A stretch of 43,911 nt of DNA from Octopus bimaculoides. Lineage: Eukaryota. Position 1 is the first letter of the stretch. Each line of letters opens with the position of its first letter. The notes beneath the pieces are model-generated. The model made no database searches, had not been told where the DNA came from, and saw only the letters and a list, made by a program, of their open reading frames with translations. This document shows positions 34,267-43,911 of the stretch, one piece after another. Both the position numbers and the translations under genes were made by a program. The stretch is from NCBI RefSeq assembly GCF_001194135.2, contig NC_068996.1, positions 33,678,511-33,722,421 on the forward strand, in the 5' to 3' direction.

Positions 34267-35047
34267 GGTGAGTGCAATTTCTCATGAAAATCCAGGGTTA
34301 ACACAAGGGAGATAAGATATTCTTACAAGTTACCTCCTGTGATTTACATATCTATTTCAAAATCCCATTCAATTTCATGTAAACTCATGTATTCTCATGC
34401 AAAATAGAAACAAGTACAAACACTTCCATATGCCACACTTGAACAACTGTGAAAATCTCTTCATATGAAGCTATTGGTTGCCTTGTTAACCCACAAATAA
34501 AGAATATTTATCCACAAATGTGATATTGAACACATATTCTCAGAGTTCAATATGAGTGTATATGTGTGGATGTGCATGAATGTATACATACACACACAGA
34601 GAGGCACCTCTGAATTGCATACCTTAGGTTACAGGATTTTGTGCTTATGAGAATTATAATGTATGACAATTGATTTCAGGATACAGTCTGTTATATCACA
34701 CTTATGGAAACTTGTATTAACAATTTAAAACTACTTAAAACACTTTCTTCTTAAAATTAAGCAGGACAAAAAAATGATAAGCGATTACAATTTTGAAAAA
34801 CTTTATTTGCAGAATTGTAATATCTGGTATTCAAAGCAGAAAGTACACACAAGCATGCACATGCATGTGCGCACACACACGTGCACATACACATCAGGGT
34901 TACCTAGTATTACTTAGGAGCCAACCACCATATGACACTGTTTTGCCATACTAAATACATTTTTGCATTTCATTTTTATGATTCCTATTTTCGGCCCATG
35001 ACCTTTCACCTCTTAATTGTGTTAGTTGTTCATCTTATTTACTATTT

Positions 35048-38000
35048 ATTCTAAATCTAGAATCTCCTTATAAACAATATTACATGTTTTTTCCAGAAGG
35101 AGCATATATATAAAGATTGCGTGGACTTCCAACTCCTGTAAATGCTACTTACAGTTGGCCATGAGAAAAACAATGTTCTTCAAGTTGTAGCCCAACAGAT
35201 AACTTTTACCCTGTGATTTAATTATAGACATAGGAAAGCTGAGTTTCACTGAAAATTGTAGCCTTTTGAATACAAAAGATATTTCTGCATCAGACGGCAT
35301 CAAAGGTACTCTCAGTATAAGTGCCTCTTCGCTCATAAAACACCCAGTCAAAATAGTCGCCTGAATAATATGAGATATTAATTTTTTAACAACCAAGCTA
35401 GTGCTATTACACAACCGAGGCTGATCAAGGTTCCATAGTAGTATGATGATGGCTCCTACCTTTAAGATAAATGACAGCCTATGCAGGATCTGGAACTGAA
35501 TCTATAGCTTTGTAAGTCTGTGTCTTTCCTGAAAAGCAGTCCAATAACTTATTGTTTATGGTGTTGGCAGTACATTCATCCCAAATAATGAGATGACATT
35601 TCTTTAATATTTGTCCCATCCCAGATGTTTTGCTAATATTACAGACTGGTGTCTCAATGCTAGCTATATTCGAGGGCAATCTGAAAGTAGAGTGAGCTGT
35701 TCTTCCTCCTGGACATAGCGCAGCAGCAATACCTGAAGAAGCAACAGCCAAAGCTATTATTTTCTTTTGTCACACTTTGGCAAGTAAAAGCTTAGTAACA
35801 AATGTTTTGCCAATTCCTGCGGAGCATCAAGAAAAAAATGCCCTTCCATTTGATCAAAAACTAGTATAGTATTGTAGAATTCTTTTTGTTCAAGCAACAA
35901 TTTTGGTTCACTTTCACTAACATATCTTGAGAGGTCTTCAATGTCATAGGAAGTTTCATTTAATGGATATGTTGTTAAACTATCGAGTTCAGAATGATTG
36001 GTATGAGGAAGTCCATACTCATGCAGTTCATTCCCTTTCATAGAAACAACTTTGTCTTCAATGGCAATTAATGCAGCATTGTAGATTTCATCATTGCATT
36101 CTATTTTCATGCCAGAACATTGTAATTGAATCTGGTATTTGTAATCTTCTGCAAGATAATTTCTGTATCTTAGCAATATTGATACTGGATCCCCTAAATC
36201 ACAGTATTTAAGAAGAATGGCAAACAGTATTCTTAAATTGCCTCCTGTGCAAGACACAAGCCTCTGACATAGCTACCATCCTGTAACAAACCTAACCAAA
36301 AAGCTGCTTCTCTATTCAAAGCACAAACATAACCATCAACAGTTCAAAGGTTGATAGAAAATGTGGGACCACAAATTTCATGGAGAAGCAAACGTAAGTA
36401 AAAACATTTCTGTTGAGTTGGATCCACAGTATAAACTCTTCCCAGAACATTCTCAAATCAGATACCACAATAATCATCAACCTCAGTGCCTTTTTTTCTG
36501 CGATTCCATTGTTTGTTGTTCCATGATAATATGACAGTAATTGAGAGTACAACAGGGTTTTAGTGAAAGGGTCTTTCTGGCAATGTTTGAAAAATGCTGT
36601 TAATGTAGTTCCTCTTGTAACTAAGGATTGCTGAGCAGCAGTTTTTGTAGTGAAATATATTCTTTGGCCATTCTCTAAATGAAAAGAGAGTTGTTTCACT
36701 GGAGGATATTGTTCATGAATAAGGAAGCCAAATATTCTCCAAAAAGCCTCATTGCTGCAAATATACCACCCCATTTGAAAATGTGTCTCTTCATCTTGAA
36801 ATGTCTGCTGTCGAAGGGTGAATATTACAGTATCACAACTCTTATTAACATATTTACAAATGTACTTTATTGACTTTATAGAATTACAATATTCAACATT
36901 AATGTGAGCATTAAATGTCTTAGACAAAAGAGGGCAGTAAGGCACTATCCATTGATTACCAATTGTATGGTGACCAATTTTTGTTTCCAAATCTCCATCT
37001 TGTGGTGCCCTTCTTATGTATGATGGATATCCATCATTACCCATTTGCGTTTCTTTAATGAAATTTTTGGGATAATGTNNNNNNNNNNTAAGGTCACCAC
37101 ATGGGCCATGAACCATGTTCAATTTTACAATTTCATTAAGTTTTTTGTCTTTAGTGAGGTTTGGAATTTCTGCTGAGATTATGGAATCGATCTCATCAAT
37201 TTGAATTTTCTGCAAAAATCCAGATTAATATATCTGTGTGAGGTAGGCCTCTTTTTTGCCATTCAATGGTATACATGTAGCAATGTACTGGTCAAAATAC
37301 GTAAGACTTAGTTATGAAGACCATCAATTTCGAAGCTTTGAGATGAAAAACTCTTGCTATTAGGTCATGTCTGTTGATGTATAATTGTCCTGGAAAAAGT
37401 TCAGCTTGGATTTTGTTCCATTTAGGATTGCAAGTAAAAGTAATGAAAAGATGAGGACGTCCATAATTATACACATAAGTCATGGCATCTTGTGTCTTCT
37501 CGCGCATCTATCTTAGACTTCCTGCAAAAATGGATGGGAGAATACAAAGTTGTCCAAGTCTTGTCCCAGCAATATCATTGTTAATGCGCCTCACAAATGC
37601 ATGTACGATTCTAAGCATAGTTCTTTTGGTGCATTTTTATGAAGCACAACCACTCTGACTATATTTTGGCATATATATCAACAACACTGGTAAAAAAAGA
37701 TCTTGGCAATAGCAAAGATGATTAAATGAATTACTTCAAATCATCAATCAATGAACATAATAATCCATACAGGATACAGTTCTTCTGGAAGTGATTCCTC
37801 CAACTTGTGCTATACCAAAGTGGTATTCGTCTTCTCTGTTGACAAAAAGCAAGGGATATTGTAAAGCATCAGATGAACGATGAGTTTCATTTATGAACGT
37901 GATGCTATTGTCATGATACTTCAAAACAATATCTTGTTTACCATGTTGTTCTCCAACCATAATTGCCACTTCATTACACTCAGGAACATTGAATTGATGG

Positions 38001-39380
38001 GCATGTTCTCCTGATGGCCTTTTCTTGGCATCGATGACAACTTGAAAGTCCACAGTTGAAGTATATTCTAAAGTATACTGAAAGCTTCTCACATAAGAAT
38101 TCCTTTCATGAAGCATTTCTTGCAGCTTAAAAATAAGTTCTAATCTTGCACCTGGACAATTCTTGTTGCAACACTGTGCTTCTTTTTGAACATCACCTAT
38201 AAAATACATTTGTAAAAACTGTGGATCTTTATTCTGTAAAGGCTTAAGAGAGCCAATTCTGTGATAAATTTGTCCTTGTACTTTAAAAGTCAACATAAAC
38301 TCACTTACCCTAATAATTTTTGCCCCAAATGATGTCATTTGAAAAGCACAATTGTATGCTTGAATATGTTTAAGACAATGTTTTGATTCTGAAGCCGAAC
38401 CCAAAAGAAAACGTTTTGTAAGTTTTGGAGGCTCAATTATTGGTAAATGGACTTTACCTTTAGAACAACACATACCTAATGATCCCTTGTCCCACTTCCT
38501 AGCACCACATTTTATACATGTTTTGCACATAGAACCCAGGGAGACCATTTTTTCCAATGCATAATTACAATTAGGATCATAATTAAATGCTACACCTTGC
38601 CATTGAAATCATCTATACTTTTCTGCTGATTTTCTCTAGAAAGCTTTCTCTTTTTTAGTCATATTTTTCAGTTGCTTTCACTCTTGTTTTCTATTTGTTC
38701 TACCATTTTCTCTTCTTTTTTGCAATCGTATTTCTTTGTCATTTTCATTTTCTTGTACTTTTTTATTTCTATAATTTTCCTTCTTTCTCTGCAATCTTAT
38801 TTCCCTATCTTTATCACCTTCTTGTTCTCTTGTCCTCCTCTAATAATCCCTAACTTTTTGCAACCTAACTTTCCAATGGTTTTTACTCTCTTCAACAGTT
38901 TTCAAATCAAGTGTTTGAATTCTCATTCTTTTCTCTTTCTCTATCTTGTGATATTTCATTTCCTTCTACATTTCTTTCATGCTCATGATTGTTTATAGGA
39001 AAGAGAGCATTGTAATGGCCGTTGACAATTTCACCACTATATAACACTGAAATCTCCCTTTCTGTAAATGTCTGACTGCAAACAGTGAACAGAGAAAGGA
39101 TAATTTCATCATCATTTTCGTGATGGACCTGAATTGCAACATTGTACAATTCACTAATAGTAGCTAATTCAACATTACCACTGTATGTTTCATCCCTACC
39201 CATGTATGCTTGGTATTCCTGTATTGTACTATTAGGAATAAAAGAATGAATATACTTCCAATTATTGCATATGTATTGTACAGACTCTTCCTGAAGAGTT
39301 TGGTAATGTCTGTTGTTTTTGAGCAAGAGCGACACAGCTCAGAAAATACAGTTACCACCACCCATGACTTTAGCAAAGGG
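35048..39380 (-). mobile_element. Decayed autonomous Helitron: OTU protease, Zn finger, Rep (HUH) and PIF1 helicase
   Basis: OTU GGGNCIF*AVS...GHYNAL; CIKC...CCSKGKV; YGRPHLFITFTCNPKW; EWQKRGLPHTD; MVHGPCG; IKYICKYVNK; FLDAP/GIGKT Walker A; AVASSGIAA...GGRTAHSTF; IIWDE; MSIIKSQG; NIVYKEIL*. Many stops and frameshifts, and a deletion inside the helicase. Confidence 0.95.
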
Positions 39381-39778
39381 AGGAATTAATAAATTAACGT
39401 AACTGCTGAATATTTTTCAATAAATTCAGTAAGGGACTTTCCCTTCAATTTTAACTTTAGATGGTTTCATGAACAGAATATGATGGAAAATTACAATACG
39501 AAATGGGATCAGATACTAGATGATAACAATTTCTCCTTTAGAAATCTGTCTTTCTATCTTTGCGTTAGATGGATGAGTGATTATAATTTTGTAAATAATA
39601 AAAACAAAATTAATACAATGTTAACTTGAAACATTATCTTTGTGAAAAGAAAAGTGATTTGACTCTAAGTATTTAGCAGATGATAGATAATCACTTCATT
39701 GTCTGCTCATAAATGGGGAAAAAGGAATACTTTTGTTATTTCTGGATAATTTCAATTTAAACGTTGTCAAATACTTGT

Positions 39779-39806
39779 CTCTCTCTCTCTCTCCGCGCGC
39801 GCGCGC

Positions 39807-39835
<29 letters not shown>
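39779..39835. repeat. Compound (CT)n(CG)n(GT)n microsatellite
   Basis: Direct reading; long alternating purine-pyrimidine tract. Confidence 0.9.
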
Positions 39836-39837
<2 letters not shown>

Positions 39838-40539
39838 AGAGAGAGAAGGCTGCGAGCGAGAGAGAAAGAGCCACAATCAAGAGAGAAAGGCAGATTGAAA
39901 GCATGCGCGTGTATCTTTGAATGATTACTGTATTGACATTACTATCCCATTACCACTCCATATTTGTCGCTTACACAACTGTCCTCCCCTTCCTTGATAT
40001 TAGTCACACTCTCCATGCCACTATGTTCCCTCTCACACAATTGCTCTTGCACCCTTCTCATTTTATTAAATGGTAGCCCAACTTACCACTTCGGTTTTGT
40101 AAGATATAAGATATATATAAAAGTTAAAATAATCATCAGTTAAAAGTGGATGTTGCATTAGAATACAAATACTGCAATATTTACCAAGAGAGAAAAACTC
40201 ACATGTGGTTTTTGGTGCATAAAAGCACATCATAGTTATTGCCATTGGCAGACAATCACCAGGACTACCAGATCGCATAATTTGGGCCTCTTTTGGCCTT
40301 GTCAATGGCAGATATCTGACTGCTGGAAATAGCAGTAACTGCTGTGCTAGTAATATACATAGAAATAGAGCTCAACCAGGCACTATTGTCACTAAAAGCT
40401 AGTGGGCTTCTTTAAAAATAAATATAGCAACAGAAGCAGTATTAATACCTAAAGATAAAATATTCACTACTTAAAAGTGATTCTTTATCAGATGTTTTTT
40501 CTCTTTGTTACTATTTGATGGTGGTTATTGCTGATGTTG

Positions 40540-41429
40540 ATTAAATATTCTGGAAGCAGTTAGATGTATTTTCCTCCATCCAGCACCTTCTGACAGGATG
40601 TCTTCTTCCTAATGAGGTGTGCCTCCATGATTTTGAGGTTGACTGCATCCATCTCCCTTGTCAGTATATGGGTGAAGAAATCCCCACCACATTGTTGATG
40701 GTGTTGGACATGGCACTGGATGGTGTGGCCTTGTAGAAATGTTCCTTCACTTTAAAGTGAAGTTGTCTTTTGATTGATCCTATTTAGGTCTCCCCACAAG
40801 AATACATCAGTTGGTACACTATGCTGGATTTAGAACATAGTTGGACACTGTCAGTTGACTGTATTGTTTTGATTGGACAATGGTCAACACAGCCTGCATC
40901 TGGTATGTTATCACTGTATGTGAAGTAGTGTCTAAGCATATGGCCTCATCTCATGATTCTGATGGTGAAACCAGATCTTTAGATATTTTTTTAGCTAGCT
41001 TTCTACCATCTTTCTAAAGTATGGTAGATTAACGTAGACCCATTGCTTACTTTTCTGTTTTCTGCTTCCTTCTTTCAGTCATTATTGAAGTTGTTGCTGA
41101 TGCTGTTGTCACTGTGGCTGTAACTGTCGTCGTGGTCACTGTAGTTGTTGTTCTCATCATCATTGTCTTTATAATCACCAGTCTTTTGACCATGATTGCC
41201 ATTGTGGTTGTTTTTGTTGTTGCTGTTGTTGATGGTCCTCTTGTGGCGTTTTCATGTTCATGTGCTTAGTGTGTCACACACTTTCTTTATGAAACATAGC
41301 CTATATATTTTTACAAACAGCATCTTAGTGAAACCCAGCCGTATTGTGTTATCTATTTCAGCCTCATCACACCTGCTTATGTGTCTCAGTCTCCGAGAAT
41401 AAATTAACTCGTATATCAATGCATCACTG

Positions 41430-41468
<39 letters not shown>

Positions 41469-41890
41469 TTCAACACCTTTGAATACACTGAATCTGAGGG
41501 AGAAGATGTCTCTCTTCACATCTTTCTTAAAGAGTTGCATTGTTGTTGGATGTTGTGGTGAAAGCTATTGGAAATGTCATGGATCCTTGTCACCTTATCA
41601 CTAGAGCAGGTTAGGACAAAGGTGTCACCAACATAGCTTCGGTATAAGGGTTGCATTGAGGGCATTGCATTCCAGGTCATCCAAAGGGTAGTCAAAATCT
41701 CACTGAATCTGGACCCCTTTAGGAGGCCACTATATTATGTGGTGTTTTTGTACTGCAAGTAGGTGTTGGTGGTACAGAATTCAAGGATGAACCTGAAGTT
41801 TTATAGGTAAAATATTTTTCTGGGAATGAATTACGATTTATAACATTGCTACTATGGGAAATTACTGCTCTGCTTTACAAGTTTTCACTT
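40540..41890 (-). mobile_element. Penelope-like element 2 (YVDD-type RT and GIY-YIG), degraded
   Basis: TYLQY...GLLKGSRFSEILTTLWM...RSYVGDTFVL (41624-41635), NSFHHNIQ; SIVYQLM.SCGET*IGSIKRQL..KVKEH (~40750-40830). Confidence 0.8.
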
Positions 41891-41938
41891 TACGAGCAGT
41901 CTCCAAGAACATATTAACTTGTATATCAATGCATCATT

Positions 41939-41977
<39 letters not shown>

Positions 41978-42826
41978 AATAAATATATATATATATATAT
42001 AAAAGAGATGAGGACCGAAATCCTTCAAAGGGATGTCAAACATCCAAGTCTGCCGGCACAATCCAAGTAAAGAATATATGTAAAAATATACATTCAGTAT
42101 TTGCAAAAACAGTAAATGAAGTATAAGGAAAGGAAAGGAAAAATTGTAAGTGTAGGCGAACTTTAATTCACAATCCAAGTTGGTACAGAACCAATATACA
42201 GATTGTTTTGGAGTCTAATTAATTCCAAAGACAAAAATGAAAAACTCTTCATGAAATAAAAATTAGATTATTCGTCAGGAATTACATACTAGCATGAATA
42301 ATTACAACCAACAAAAATATACAAAGACCTTTCATAGCCCAGACAGGAATGAACAAATAATAATAATAATATATAACAAAAAGTAAAAGGGATTAATAAA
42401 TCCAGGCAGATATCTAGAAAGCACTCAGTGTTAAGCAAACTTGGTTAACTATATGAAACAATCAGATACCAATAAATTCAAATAGAATTAACATCCAAGG
42501 TAATTCCTCATGTATAGCAAGTAGAATCAAATATTGCTTAGAAAGATTTCATGAAATCTGGAGTAATTGGCAACATGAACATGAATAGAGAAAATCACAT
42601 CTCTTATTGATGATTATACCATACACTAGCATATTCATCTCGCCGAAAGTGCCAAGAGTTTTATTAATGATAGAAAATGGTGCATCAACATAATGGAAGA
42701 AAGCATTGATAAATGTCAGCAGTCTAGTAAATAAATGTACATACACAGAATAGAAGCACTTGAAGAGTTAGATATGGTTGCACTGTCTCGTTTGAAAATA
42801 TCATCCACATAATGTGTGTGTGCATA

Positions 42827-43207
42827 TATAGATGTAAATGTAGGGATGAGCAAGTTAGGCAGATTAAAATATAAAGTATATTAAAAACATGGAAAAAAAA
42901 TGTATATATGTTTACATACAAAAAGGTCCAACTTATGCAGAATACAAATGATATTCAAGATGGAGGTTCATCTAATCCTACGATGGAATCAATCTACAAA
43001 CATTATCTTGGACCACCAAGCCCCCAGAAACAACTGATGGATTTGTAATACTTTTCTTCAACCCCTTTAATTCTCTATATTATTTGTATTCTGTGTAAGC
43101 TGGACCTTTTTGTATGTAAACATATATACATTTTTTATATTCCATGTTTTCTATATACTTTATATTTTAATCTGCCTAACTTGCTTATCCCTACATTTAC
43201 ATCTATA
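42827..43207. repeat. Inverted repeat, ~123-bp arms, 132-bp spacer
   Basis: 42827-42949 versus the reverse complement of 43082-43207, with few substitutions. Confidence 0.9.
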
Positions 43208-43275
43208 CCCACTCAAGTTTAAATCTCTTGAGCACTACTAAGTGTATTCTATATGGAAAATATCTGATTCTCATC

Positions 43276-43669
43276 TATGGAAAAAAAAGGTCAAGGTAGA
43301 AAATGCTAAAATAATTTTATAAAAAACATTTCAGTACTGGTTTCGGTCATTGAGACTTTTTCAACTGTAAGTATGGAAAACAATTAAATTTTGGAAAAAT
43401 TAAGTGAAAAGTATTTTAAAAGAATATTTGCATAGTATTCAAATACAAGAGGCATTTTCCTTGTTTCTGCCTGAGAGACAGAGACAGAGACAAGCAGTAA
43501 CAAAGAAAATGCCTCTTGTATTTGAATACTATGCAAATATTTTTTTAATTTTGCCAAAATTTAATGTTTTCCATACTTACAGTTGATAAAATCTCAATGA
43601 CCGAAACTGATACTGAAATGTTCTTTATAAAATTATTTTAGCATTTTCTACCTTGACTTTTTTTCCATA
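43276..43669. repeat. Fold-back element (~180-195-bp arms, 23-nt loop) with a hammerhead-like motif in each arm
   Basis: 43276-43470 versus the reverse complement of 43494-43669; motifs at 43332-43367 (-) and 43580-43615 (+). Confidence 0.9.
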
Positions 43670-43724
43670 TATATATCAACTCGTGTGTTCCTTTTCAACC
43701 TTCTACATATATATATATACACAC

Positions 43725-43911
43725 ACAAGGGTCACCCAAAAGAAACTGGAATTTTGCATGCAATATTATTTTATTCACTTGGTTTTACATTTTTACCACC
43801 TTTAACGTATTCTCCATTTGAAGCAATGCATCAGTTCAGGCAGGTTTTTCACGATTCAAAACTGTGCTGGAACTCTTGTAAAGTGATGCCTTTTAATGCC
43901 ACCATTTCTTC
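43725..43911 (-). mobile_element. Mariner 3' end and TIR, running off the window edge
   Basis: LKGITLQEFQHSFES*KTCLN*CIASNGEYVKG matches the mariner C-terminus; ACAAGGGTCACCCAAAAGAAACTGG terminus. Confidence 0.8.

Noticed and set aside
34895-34910. CTAG at 34904-34907 as the 3' terminus of the large Helitron
   Set aside because: No convincing subterminal hairpin on the minus strand and the next base is G; the element's true ends were not located.
40540-41890. In-frame TGA codons in PLE or Helitron ORFs as selenocysteine recoding
   Set aside because: TAA/TAG stops and frameshifts are also abundant; the TGAs fit CpG decay.

Overview
AT-rich, microsatellite-dense animal genomic DNA with six N gaps. 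The SINE and RTE-tail families suggest a coleoid cephalopod, probably Octopus (inferred from remembered repeat families, not from a search). The only host coding sequence I can support is one 183-bp, phase 0/0 exon of a WDR20/DMWD orthologue on the minus strand (25152-25334). Most of the rest is probably intron, filled with decayed mobile DNA. (1) A Penelope-like element (RT plus GIY-YIG) is split by a 7-kb Mag-type Gypsy insertion whose LTRs, PBS, PPT and 5-bp TSD are all readable. That Gypsy lacks RT/RNase H and contains a second Gypsy in the opposite orientation plus a small non-autonomous Helitron. (2) Many RTE-clade LINE pieces are present, one family carrying a PHD-type finger inside its RT. 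(3) There is a decayed OTU-Rep-PIF1 Helitron and a second PIF1 remnant. (4) Mariner and Tigger fragments, tRNA-derived SINEs and a second Penelope-like element complete the set. The least explained signal is a set of fold-back elements whose arms carry degenerate type-I hammerhead-ribozyme folds (32648-33619, 43276-43669, also about 23150). Two of these share the same non-canonical core UUGAAAA. No mobile-element ORF is intact. All translations, alignments and folds were done by eye.
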